A stretch of 64,000 nt of DNA, taken from the NCBI GenBank assembly GCA_044227925.1, contig JBGAVW010000008.1, positions 1,236 to 65,235 on the forward strand, read 5' to 3'. This document shows positions 47,777 through 56,588 of the stretch, piece after piece. Below the pieces are notes generated by a model, which was not told the origin of the DNA, did no database searches, and was given only the letters and a program-made list of their open reading frames with translations. The number at the start of each line of letters is the position of its first letter. Position 1 is the stretch's first letter. The stretch comes from Saprospiraceae bacterium. GTDB taxonomy: Bacteria > Bacteroidota > Bacteroidia > Chitinophagales > Saprospiraceae. Made by a program: the position numbers and the translations under genes.

Positions 47777-48352
47777 ATGAAAACATTTTTTTCGATTTTA
47801 TTGATGGCTTTGTTGAGCACAGCTTCAATAGCAAAGCCTGAGTTTGAGCTCAGATCTCAAGGTAAAAGCATTATCATCAATCCATCCGGATGGTCCGCTC
47901 CCGAGTACGAGATCATGATCAAAGATGTACAAGGGCAAGTGGTTTTTATCCAGAACTATTTTAGCCCGGTCAAAGGAAACATGGTAAAATTAAATGTGGA
48001 TCAATTACCTGCCGGTGAATATGAAATAGAACTGGCTGATGACTTTAGAATACAAAAGCAATCTTTTTCTAAAAACACGGAACGCATTTGGATGAAAGAT
48101 GATATCCAAACTATATTCAAACCAATAATTAAAACAGAGGGAGCAATTATCAAGGTAAATTTTCTGAACCTGGACCATTCTTCCACTATTGAAATCCTCG
48201 ACCCGGCTAATCGTGTTATTTATTCGTCAGAGATAAACCAAAAGCAGTATTCCAAACAATTTAACCTATCTTCTGTAGCACCAGGAGAATATAGTGTACA
48301 CATTGTACAAGGTGAGCATTCTTACTGGTCATATGCAAACATTAAGGAATAA
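47777..48352 (+). CDS. Secreted protein made of two tandem beta-sandwich (T9SS-CTD-like) repeats
   Basis: Signal peptide. The two halves align with each other ('YEIMIKDVQGQVVF...LNVDQLPAGEYEIEL' against 'STIEILDPANRVIY...FNLSSVAPGEYSVHI'). Confidence 0.55.
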   Translation: MKTFFSILLMALLSTASIAKPEFELRSQGKSIIINPSGWSAPEYEIMIKDVQGQVVFIQNYFSPVKGNMVKLNVDQLPAGEYEIELADDFRIQKQSFSKNTERIWMKDDIQTIFKPIIKTEGAIIKVNFLNLDHSSTIEILDPANRVIYSSEINQKQYSKQFNLSSVAPGEYSVHIVQGEHSYWSYANIKE

Positions 48353-48400
48353 GCAGCACACATACCAAAAATAATCATACAAATAGAGTTTCAAGCAGAA

Positions 48401-48427
48401 GGAGTCGGCAAAGGCCGGCTCCTTTTT
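48401..48427 (+). terminator. Rho-independent terminator
   Basis: 9-bp stem ggagtcggc / gccggctcc (one G-U pair), loop AAAG, then TTTTT. Confidence 0.7.
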
Positions 48428-48443
48428 ATTATTTTTACCATGT

Positions 48444-48812
48444 ATGAAATCAATTTACACCATCTCCTTATTATTGTTAAGCAATACATTTATGACACTT
48501 GCGTGGTACGGTCATTTGAAATTTTCCGAATGGAAAGGATTCCAAAAACTTGGATTGGTATCCATAGTCTTTATCAGCTGGGGAATCGCCTTGTTTGAAT
48601 ATTGCCTGATGGTACCTGCCAACCGAATAGGATATACAAAATATGGTGGCCCTTTTTCGTTGGTACAGTTAAAAGTGATACAGGAGGTAATCACGCTGGT
48701 TGTTTTCTCACTTTTTACCCTGATTCTTTTCAAATCAGAAACTATGAAATGGAATCATATTCTCGCATTTGGTCTATTGGTTTGTGCAGTGTGGCTTGTA
48801 TTTAAAAAATAA
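48444..48812 (+). CDS. Small DMT-superfamily membrane protein (DUF486-like)
   Basis: 122 aa with four hydrophobic helices. The N-terminal 'LLLLSNTFMTLAWYGHLKF' matches my recollection of the family. Confidence 0.65.
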   Translation: MKSIYTISLLLLSNTFMTLAWYGHLKFSEWKGFQKLGLVSIVFISWGIALFEYCLMVPANRIGYTKYGGPFSLVQLKVIQEVITLVVFSLFTLILFKSETMKWNHILAFGLLVCAVWLVFKK

Positions 48813-48854
48813 GCAACCTATTGTAAAATCAATTGTAATGAAACCGGAGAAAAA

Positions 48855-50039
48855 GTGAAAACAAATACAAACCAAATACTGGATTCATTTGAAATCGGTG
48901 AAAAATCAGGTATCAGTTATATTCAGATTGATGAAATTATTCAAAATACTTCCAAGGTAATCATTGGGGACAACACGTTAACCAGTTTTGGAAATTGTTC
49001 TTACCTCGGACTTGATCATTTACAATCCGTCAGAGAAAAGATAATCACCGCTATTAAAAAATATGGAGGCCTCTATTCCAGTTCCAGGGCTTTTAGTAGC
49101 CTTCGATTTCTTTCACAGACTGAAGAAAAAATAAGCCAGCTCTTTGGCAGAGAATCAATATTATACACCACCACAGGTATTGCCCATCTAAGTGTGATTC
49201 CTGCATTAATCAGTAAAAAAGACCTTATTGTATTTGATAGACGAGTACACAAAACGATTCAAAATGCCATATGGATGACTAAAGGGTATGGAATAAATGC
49301 TGTGTCTATAAATCACAATGCCAAAGAGGAATTAGAAGAGTTGATTATAAATTATAAATCTAAGTATAACAAAATTTACCTGATGATGGATAGCATATAT
49401 TCTATGTCAGGAATGGTAGCACCGTTGCAGTATTATTACTCCCTGTTAGAAAAATATGATTCTTTCTATTTATATGCAGATGACGCACACGGTATGAGTT
49501 GGACAGGTGACCATGGAATTGGGCTGCTATTGTCTACGATACCATGGCATGAAAAACTGATAATGGCCACTTCATTTTCAAAAGGATTTGGTGCACACGG
49601 CAGCGCTGTATTTTTTCCAAATAAAAAAATGAAAAATCAGATAAAGTATATGGGCAGTGGTACTGTGTTTTCCGGTCCGTTACCTCCTCCGTCTTTAGCG
49701 TCCATTCAAGCCTGTGCTGACATTCATTTATCCAATGAAATTTTATCTTATCAAAAAAAATTAAGTGAAAACCTGGATTATTTTAATCATCAATGCAAAA
49801 CTCATACTATTCCATTAATTTCTACCTCGATATCTCCGGTAAATTTTATCGAATTGGGAGCCACTGAGACCACTCTTCAATTAGTATCCAGGCTTTTACT
49901 GTCTGGCATGATCGTAAATGCATGTGATTTTCCAGCTGTTTCCAGAAACAAAAGCGGCATAAGAATTACCATTAATGCAATGCATACAAAAGAGGAAATA
50001 TACCATTTAGTTCAATTGATCTCTCAGCAAAAAAATTGA
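48855..50039 (+). CDS. PLP-dependent alpha-oxoamine synthase family acyltransferase (AONS / serine palmitoyltransferase-like)
   Basis: 394 aa. 'FGNCSYLGLD', 'YADDAHGMSWTG' and the PLP-lysine motif 'TSFSKGFGAHG'. Apparent GTG start. Confidence 0.75.
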   Translation: MKTNTNQILDSFEIGEKSGISYIQIDEIIQNTSKVIIGDNTLTSFGNCSYLGLDHLQSVREKIITAIKKYGGLYSSSRAFSSLRFLSQTEEKISQLFGRESILYTTTGIAHLSVIPALISKKDLIVFDRRVHKTIQNAIWMTKGYGINAVSINHNAKEELEELIINYKSKYNKIYLMMDSIYSMSGMVAPLQYYYSLLEKYDSFYLYADDAHGMSWTGDHGIGLLLSTIPWHEKLIMATSFSKGFGAHGSAVFFPNKKMKNQIKYMGSGTVFSGPLPPPSLASIQACADIHLSNEILSYQKKLSENLDYFNHQCKTHTIPLISTSISPVNFIELGATETTLQLVSRLLLSGMIVNACDFPAVSRNKSGIRITINAMHTKEEIYHLVQLISQQKN

Positions 50040-50148
50040 ACCACTTAAGATGTTCATGATAGAAAAATCGGGTAGGATAAACACAGGATATTTTCTTTGT
50101 ACAATTTCCGCTGATTTAATCATAGCCTGATGGAGGGGTCATGCTTGA

Positions 50149-52545
50149 TTACATGCGCATCATCTCCAATACCTTCAGTGCTACATCCTCGGCATTTGGC
50201 TTACAAAAGTAATCCCCGTCGCTACCATAAGGAGGGCGATGCGGTGCCGCCGCGATGCACACCGGAGGCACATCCAGATACTGATACCCTTTTTGATTAT
50301 CGAGCACTTCTTGCATCATATAGGCAGTGGCCCCACCTGGCATATCTTCATCCAGGAAAAGTACCCTGTTGGTTTTCTTTATGGATTCGACCAAAGAATG
50401 ATGTATGTCAAATGGCATCAAAGTCTGCACATCTATAAGTTCTATTTCAATTCCATGAGGTTTTATCATCTCCAGAGCCTGCTGCGCAATACGAACACAT
50501 GAGCCATAAGTAATAATAGTAAGGTCTTTTCCTGTGGTAATGATTTCCGGCACACCTAAAGGCAATGAAAACTCACCCAAATTATCCGGCTGTTTTTCTT
50601 TAAGGCGGTATGCATTAAGGCATTCAATAATAATGGCCGGATCATCTGACTGGATCATGGTCTGATAAAAACCAGCAGCCTGAACCATATTCCGAGGTAC
50701 GATTAAATGAATACCCTTCAGTGAATTCAGCATCATTGCAATGGGTGACCCCGAATGCCAGATACCTTCTAGTCTATGACCCCTGGTTCGAATAATAAGT
50801 GGGGCACATTGAATCCCGTTTGATCTGTACCTGAGTGAGGCCACATCGTCTGACAGAGGAGCCAATGCATAAATCAGGTAATCAAGATACTGTATTTCTG
50901 CAATGGGCTTTAGTCCTCGTAATGACATTCCGATAGCCTGTCCTACTATGGTCCACTCCCGAATGCCGGCATCGAATATTCGGTGTTCACCATATTTTGA
51001 CTGCAATCCGGCAAATCCCTGGTTTACATCACCGATCTTTCCTACATCCTGTCCAAAGGCAAGTACCCGTTCGTCTTTGGCAAATAATTTGTCGAAATAG
51101 GCATTCATAATTTTATACCCGCTTATGACGGGAGAGGCATCACTGTATGTCGGAGCCACTGGATTGACCTTCAATGCTGAAAATGGAGTCTCTGAGGTTA
51201 AATTTGAATGAAAGCGCGCATGGATATTTCTATATTGTCTTTCATTCCAGTTCAATAGTTTTTCTATTCCCATCACGGGTTGGGCTACAGGTAATGCAAT
51301 CAGGAATTTTCTTACATTTTTTACCAGATCACTGATTACGGGTTCCCTTAATTGTCTGAGGTCGACAATCTGATGTTGAATCAATGGTTCCCATTCGGGA
51401 TGCAATTCCTGCAAGTCTGCATATACAGAGATCAGCTCTTTTACCTCTGATCTTGCTTCATTAAAACTGGCATCCAAAGCTTCTTCCCTGGCCTGTCGTA
51501 CAAATTCTTTAGCCTTTTGTTTTAAGGTGTGATCTTCATCATTTGTCAACAGGCCAATATCTGCCAACCACGATGACATCACATGCATGCAGTCATGTTC
51601 TTTTTCCCAATCTAGCCTTTCTTTAGATTTATATCTTTCATGTGATCCTGAAGTAGAATGTCCCTGGGGTTGGGTAAGTTCTTGTACGTGAATCAGGATT
51701 GGAGTAAAATGTGTACGTGCTATTTGAGTGGCTTTTTCAAATATTCTGCATAGTTCAGGGTAATCCCATCCTTTTACTGTAAATATTTGAATCCCCTCAT
51801 TTAAATTATCACCAATAAATCCTTCTAAAGCTTTGCTGATGGAGGATTTTACCATTTGATGCTTGACGGGTACAGAAATGCCATAGCCATCATCCCATAC
51901 GATCATTACCAAGGGAACCTGGATTATGGCAGCAGCATTCATGGTTTCCCAAAACGGGCCTTCCGCAGTACCGCCATCACCAATTGTGCAAAAGGTAATT
52001 TCATTTCCATTGTAAGAAAATTCCTTTGCATCCAGGCTTTTATTTTCTCGGTATACTTTCGATGCCTGAGCCAACCCAAGAGCCCGAGTGACTTGCCCGG
52101 CAACAGCTGAAACATCCGAAACAACATTATATCGGTCCCTGTGAGCAAGCCAATTTCCATTTTTATCAATTAAGGGAGTTGCGAAATGACAATTCATCTG
52201 TCTCCCTCCCGAAAAAGGGTCGTTTTCAGAATCGGAATACATTTGAGCAAAATATTCCTGCACTGTCGATAAACCCAATGCAAACATTATGGTCTGATCG
52301 CGGTAATATCCTGACCTGAAATCACCTGGTTTTATATAATGGGACAGCGCAACCTGGGCCACCTCTTTACCATCACCGAATATCCCAAATTTACCTTTTC
52401 CACTCAGTACATCTTTTCTTCCTTGTAAACTAACTTCCCTGCTTACAAGTGCAATCCAATAATCACGCAACAATTGTTGTTCCATTGAACTGTATGCACT
52501 TTGGCCATTTAGCTCAGCAGGTATGGTAATGGTTTCTAAAATCAT
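50149..52545 (-). CDS. Fused alpha/beta E1 component of a 2-oxoacid (branched-chain-type) dehydrogenase
   Basis: 798 aa. N-terminal TPP-binding 'IGDGGTAEGPFWETMNAA'. The C-terminal half is transketolase-like (E1-beta-like 'RVLAFGQDVGKIGDVNQ'). Confidence 0.85.
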   Translation of the reverse strand: MILETITIPAELNGQSAYSSMEQQLLRDYWIALVSREVSLQGRKDVLSGKGKFGIFGDGKEVAQVALSHYIKPGDFRSGYYRDQTIMFALGLSTVQEYFAQMYSDSENDPFSGGRQMNCHFATPLIDKNGNWLAHRDRYNVVSDVSAVAGQVTRALGLAQASKVYRENKSLDAKEFSYNGNEITFCTIGDGGTAEGPFWETMNAAAIIQVPLVMIVWDDGYGISVPVKHQMVKSSISKALEGFIGDNLNEGIQIFTVKGWDYPELCRIFEKATQIARTHFTPILIHVQELTQPQGHSTSGSHERYKSKERLDWEKEHDCMHVMSSWLADIGLLTNDEDHTLKQKAKEFVRQAREEALDASFNEARSEVKELISVYADLQELHPEWEPLIQHQIVDLRQLREPVISDLVKNVRKFLIALPVAQPVMGIEKLLNWNERQYRNIHARFHSNLTSETPFSALKVNPVAPTYSDASPVISGYKIMNAYFDKLFAKDERVLAFGQDVGKIGDVNQGFAGLQSKYGEHRIFDAGIREWTIVGQAIGMSLRGLKPIAEIQYLDYLIYALAPLSDDVASLRYRSNGIQCAPLIIRTRGHRLEGIWHSGSPIAMMLNSLKGIHLIVPRNMVQAAGFYQTMIQSDDPAIIIECLNAYRLKEKQPDNLGEFSLPLGVPEIITTGKDLTIITYGSCVRIAQQALEMIKPHGIEIELIDVQTLMPFDIHHSLVESIKKTNRVLFLDEDMPGGATAYMMQEVLDNQKGYQYLDVPPVCIAAAPHRPPYGSDGDYFCKPNAEDVALKVLEMMRM

Positions 52546-52695
52546 CAGATAGGCTTTACAATGACTAAAATCAAGAGTAAAAATACAATTTTATCTTGGT
52601 AGGCCATCTTCCGGTGAAAGGAGCGGCTTTATTTTCATTTAACAGGGATTTAACAAGATATATTGAGACTATTTGCTTTTTTTTCGTCAAAAGAG

Positions 52696-52703
52696 TAACT
52701 TTG
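52696..52703 (+). promoter_or_regulatory. Candidate -7 promoter box (TAACTTTG)
   Basis: Matches TAnnTTTG, 25 nt upstream of the ATG at 52728. Confidence 0.3.
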
Positions 52704-52727
52704 TATATAATATTAATAAATCCAAAA

Positions 52728-53201
52728 ATGAAAAAATTACTTTTATTAAGCGTAGTATGTTTTTTGGTAAACATTACTTTCGCCCAAAATGCTCAGCCTG
52801 CAGCAGCAAAAACAGGTCCTGTAATGCAATTAGCTAGCGAAGTATGTGACTATGGTGAAATCATCCAAAATTCTGATCCTGTAAGAAAAGTAAAATTTAC
52901 CAACTCAGGTACGGAGCCGTTGATTATCAAAAATGCACAAGGATCTTGCGGTTGCACCGTACCCCTTTGGCCAAAAGAACCTATTATGCCTGGTGAAACC
53001 AGTGAAATTGAAATACATTATGCTACCGACCGAATTGGAGCTATAATGAAGACTGTTACGATTACTACTAATGAAGAAGGGGTAAGCCATGTAATTCAAG
53101 TAAAAGGAAATGTAAAAGTTAAACCAACGGAAGAAAGTGCTCCGGTAAAACAAGCAACTATGCTTTCACCGGTAAAAAAGCAAGCTACAAGCAACCAATA
53201 A
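52728..53201 (+). CDS. DUF1573-domain secreted protein
   Basis: Signal peptide MKKLLLLSVVCFLVNITFA, with the start moved from 52596. 'GSCGCTVPLWPKEPIMPGE' is the DUF1573 signature. Confidence 0.7.
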   Translation: MKKLLLLSVVCFLVNITFAQNAQPAAAKTGPVMQLASEVCDYGEIIQNSDPVRKVKFTNSGTEPLIIKNAQGSCGCTVPLWPKEPIMPGETSEIEIHYATDRIGAIMKTVTITTNEEGVSHVIQVKGNVKVKPTEESAPVKQATMLSPVKKQATSNQ

Positions 53202-53227
53202 TAATATATATTTGATTGAAAAATCTG

Positions 53228-53256
53228 AAAGCCTCTGCTATTGCAGGGGCTTTTTT
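53228..53256 (+). terminator. Rho-independent terminator
   Basis: Stem gcctctgc / gcaggggc (one G-U pair), loop TATT, then TTTTTT. Confidence 0.65.
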
Positions 53257-53319
53257 GTTTTGATACTGAACATTTATAAGCAGGTTTTGTCCTAAAATCA
53301 TCTTATTTTTGCCGCGCTG

Positions 53320-53673
53320 ATGGAAGAGGTAATACAATTCGAATTTGAATGGTTAGAATTAAGACATAAGGTCAAGGATACATTGAAAATTCAAAAATTG
53401 CCGGACCTTAATGCTGTATTGCTTTTTATCGGTGTGCAGGAAATGGGTAAATTAAAATCCATCAAGACAAAAAAGGAGGAAAAGCAGGATCTTATGCATA
53501 TTGGGATTTGTACTCTGTTGGAATACGATGGCTACTATCAATGGGATGGTTTGGATACGGATGGATGGCCACATTTTAAAAAATTAAAAAATTTCGAAAT
53601 CAAAGGTGTTGAGGAACAAGAAAGATATCTTAAAACAAAGGCAATCGTCTATTTTAACCAAATACATCTCTAG
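53320..53673 (+). CDS. Hypothetical cytoplasmic protein
   Basis: 117-aa ORF with no recognised motif. Coding is likely from its length and its position 18 nt before the next gene. Confidence 0.45.
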   Translation: MEEVIQFEFEWLELRHKVKDTLKIQKLPDLNAVLLFIGVQEMGKLKSIKTKKEEKQDLMHIGICTLLEYDGYYQWDGLDTDGWPHFKKLKNFEIKGVEEQERYLKTKAIVYFNQIHL

Positions 53674-53691
53674 CGCTAAAAAGATAAAACC

Positions 53692-54324
53692 ATGAAATAT
53701 TTTTATTCACTGGCTGTTCTGATATTATTTTATTCATGCTCTAACAATGATGGTGTGCAGAAGGCCATAATCGAAACTGATTTAGGAAAAATAGAAATCA
53801 TGCTCTATAATGAAACACCACTACACAAGGAAAACTTCATCAAACTGGTAAAAGAAAAATATTATGACGGATTACTTTTCCACAGGGTTATCCCAGGCTT
53901 TGTAATACAAGGTGGGGATCCTGAGTCCAGGGGAGCAGCTGCCGATAAATTTTTGGGTTCAGGTGGCCCGGGATATGAACTCAATGCAGAAATTGGCGCT
54001 CCACATTTCAAAGGCACACTTGCAGCAGCCAGAAATAACAATCCTGAAAAAAAATCATCTGGTTCCCAATTTTACATAGTGGTAGGGTCTCCGGTCAGTG
54101 ATTTGGAATTAACCCAATGGGAAAGCAGAAAAGGTATCAAATACAATCCTGCTCAAAAAGAAAAATATATAAAACAAGGAGGTTTGCCTTCATTGGATGC
54201 AGAATATACTGTTTTCGGGGAAGTCATTAATGGCATGGATATTGTAGAAAAAATTGCTTCTGCTGCTACCAATCCGGCTAACAGACCTTTACAAGATGTG
54301 AGTATGAAAATAAATCTCAAATAA
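53692..54324 (+). CDS. Peptidyl-prolyl cis-trans isomerase, cyclophilin type (lipoprotein-like)
   Basis: 'LILFYSC' signal. 'FHRVIPGFVIQGGDP' and 'SSGSQFYIVVG'. Confidence 0.9.
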   Translation: MKYFYSLAVLILFYSCSNNDGVQKAIIETDLGKIEIMLYNETPLHKENFIKLVKEKYYDGLLFHRVIPGFVIQGGDPESRGAAADKFLGSGGPGYELNAEIGAPHFKGTLAAARNNNPEKKSSGSQFYIVVGSPVSDLELTQWESRKGIKYNPAQKEKYIKQGGLPSLDAEYTVFGEVINGMDIVEKIASAATNPANRPLQDVSMKINLK

Positions 54325-54354
54325 TCGATTTCTTTATTTAAGTTTTAATACCTA

Positions 54355-55008
54355 ATGATGAAAACGTTTATAAATATATTCAACACTTTATTATTCATTT
54401 CAATATTCAATATGAGTCAGGCACAAGAAAAGACATTTATCCAAGTTGAAACCCCCATGGGCACAATGAAAGGTTTTCTGCATAATGAAACACCGCAGCA
54501 TAGAGACAACTTCATTAAACTCATAAATGAAAATTTTTATGATAGTTTATTATTCCACAGGGTAATTCCGGGATTTATGATTCAAGGCGGTGATCCCGAC
54601 AGTAGAAATGCAAAACCGGGTGCAGCATTGGGAATGGGAGGTCCAAAATACCAGGTGCCGGCTGAATTCGTTGACTCCCTCGCCCATGTAAAAGGAGCCC
54701 TTGCAGCTGCACGAAATAATAATCCAGAGAAAAAATCATCAGGCTCACAATTTTATATTGTCGCCGGTCGGCCAGTAAATAATAACGAATTAGCTATGCA
54801 GGAATTCAAACACAATTTTAAATATCCTGAATCAGTGAAAGCAGAATACTTAAATTCAGGTGGTGTACCTTTTTTAGATCACGATTATACCGTATTCGGT
54901 CAGATCACTGATGGGTTGGACATCATAGATAAAATAGCTGCTGCCATGGCCGATGGAAGGAACCGGCCATTGGATAATGTTTGGATGAAAATATCAATTA
55001 TAAAATAG
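54355..55008 (+). CDS. Peptidyl-prolyl cis-trans isomerase, cyclophilin type (secreted paralog)
   Basis: Signal peptide. 'FHRVIPGFMIQGGDP' and 'SSGSQFYIVAG'. Confidence 0.9.
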   Translation: MMKTFINIFNTLLFISIFNMSQAQEKTFIQVETPMGTMKGFLHNETPQHRDNFIKLINENFYDSLLFHRVIPGFMIQGGDPDSRNAKPGAALGMGGPKYQVPAEFVDSLAHVKGALAAARNNNPEKKSSGSQFYIVAGRPVNNNELAMQEFKHNFKYPESVKAEYLNSGGVPFLDHDYTVFGQITDGLDIIDKIAAAMADGRNRPLDNVWMKISIIK

Positions 55009-55015
55009 AATCATA

Positions 55016-55774
55016 ATGGCTGCAAATAAAACAAAAAAAATATTAGGCATTGATATTGGGGGCACCGGTATTAAAGCAGGCTTAGTAAATCCAACCTCCG
55101 GTGCATTAATAGGAGAAGTCATCAAGATTAAAACACCCAGCCCTTCTACTCCTCAAAATATTCTGAAAGCAGTACAGGAGGTAATTACGTTGTTCCAATA
55201 CAAAGGACCTGTAGGTGTGGGTTTCCCGGCTATTGTACATAATTCTGTGATTCAAAGTGCCGCTAATATTGATAAAAAGTGGGTTGGCGTAAATGCTAAA
55301 AAACTTTTTGATAAAATAAAGGGATGTACTTTTTATATAGCCAATGACGCAGATATGGCAGGAATGGCCGAAATGTATTTTGGATCGGGTAAAGGGAAAA
55401 AAGGAACCATAATTTTAATTACAATAGGCACTGGGCTTGGATCAGCACTATTCAGAAATGGCACCTTAATTCCCAATACTGAATTTGGCCATTTAAATTA
55501 TAAAAAAGTTGATTTTGAATATTATGCTTCCAATACGGCCAGAGAAAAGAAACACATGAGTTGGGTTGCCTGGGGAAAGGAATTCAATGCCTTTTTAAAA
55601 CACCTTCAATTTATCTTTTCACCGGATCTGATATACCTCGGTGGCGGACTGAGCAAAAGGTACGATGATTATAAAAAGCAAATAAATGTCAAATGCAAAG
55701 TCACTCCCGCTCGACTTCAAAATCATGCCGGAATAATAGGGGCTGCGGCGTTTGCACAATCCATAAAAGAATAA
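55016..55774 (+). CDS. ppgK: ROK-family (polyphosphate) glucokinase
   Basis: 252 aa. 'LGIDIGGTGIKAG', 'ANDADMAG' and 'GTGLGSALF'. The short ROK form is typical of PpgK. Confidence 0.7.
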   Translation: MAANKTKKILGIDIGGTGIKAGLVNPTSGALIGEVIKIKTPSPSTPQNILKAVQEVITLFQYKGPVGVGFPAIVHNSVIQSAANIDKKWVGVNAKKLFDKIKGCTFYIANDADMAGMAEMYFGSGKGKKGTIILITIGTGLGSALFRNGTLIPNTEFGHLNYKKVDFEYYASNTAREKKHMSWVAWGKEFNAFLKHLQFIFSPDLIYLGGGLSKRYDDYKKQINVKCKVTPARLQNHAGIIGAAAFAQSIKE

Positions 55775-55830
55775 ATTTCACTAATTAATTCACAACCATT
55801 TAAATAAAACCTTTCATTTAAATCATCCAT

Positions 55831-56475
55831 ATGAAAAATTACTATATACTGATTTGCATTGTATTTTCTGCCCTTTTTCTGTTTAGTTGTAAAAACGAAC
55901 CTAAAGCCAGTGCAACCGAGACCAAAACAAGTTCAAATCCACCTGTTGCAGGTGATGTTTCTAAATTTGATGCGTTGGATCATGATTTTACCATTACCCC
56001 GGGAGGAAGTAAATTGTTTTTAAAAGGATTCTTTAATAAAGCTCTGATCAATAGTGCCATTACAGTGGATAATGGAAAACTGCATATCAAAGATGGATTA
56101 ATTACTACAGGAGAATTTAATTTAAATATGGGGTCCATAGTAATGGTCGCCAGCCGCGATGAGGAAATGGATAAATTATTGGCCAGCGATAAAAATTTTG
56201 ATGCTTCGAAATACCCGGTAGGTTCCTTGAAAATTACAGAATGCATCAAAGCAGTAAATGATCAGCAGGCTACGCATATTTTAAAAGGAAATCTTATAAT
56301 CAAAGAAAAATCAGTTCCATTTAATGTGCGGGCCAGAATCGATTATAGTCCCAAATCCATTGCCATCAATTCGGATCAGATAATAATTAAAGCATCCGAA
56401 ATCGGGATAAAAATGGCTGATCCCTCTCAGGAAAATTTATATTTTTCACTTACCATAAACGGCAATATTCCTTAA
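55831..56475 (+). CDS. YceI-like lipid/polyisoprenoid-binding lipoprotein
   Basis: 'LFLFSC' lipoprotein signal. 'ITVDNGKLHIKDGLITTGEFNLNMGSI' parallels the YceI-like 'G.l.v.nG.i.gG.f.idm.SI' pattern. Confidence 0.5.
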   Translation: MKNYYILICIVFSALFLFSCKNEPKASATETKTSSNPPVAGDVSKFDALDHDFTITPGGSKLFLKGFFNKALINSAITVDNGKLHIKDGLITTGEFNLNMGSIVMVASRDEEMDKLLASDKNFDASKYPVGSLKITECIKAVNDQQATHILKGNLIIKEKSVPFNVRARIDYSPKSIAINSDQIIIKASEIGIKMADPSQENLYFSLTINGNIP

Positions 56476-56524
56476 TCGTTGGTTGCCTTAGTTTAACTGT
56501 AAGCAAAGACATAGCCATTTACCA

Positions 56525-56551
56525 AAGCCCGCATTACAACGGGCTTTTTTT
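56525..56551 (+). terminator. Rho-independent terminator
   Basis: Stem aagcccg / cgggctt with an 8-nt loop, followed by a T-run. Confidence 0.65.
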
Positions 56552-56588
56552 ATTTCCGTAACTTTATAAAACAAAAATCCTCAGGATT

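Noticed and set aside
50149-52545. The fused E1 alpha/beta dehydrogenase as an unusual gene fusion. The antisense ORFs at 50130-50438 and 50239-50502 were also considered.
   Set aside because: To my knowledge, single-polypeptide E1 alpha-beta proteins of about 800 aa are the normal form in Bacteroidota. The antisense ORFs have no motifs and overlap a strongly supported gene.
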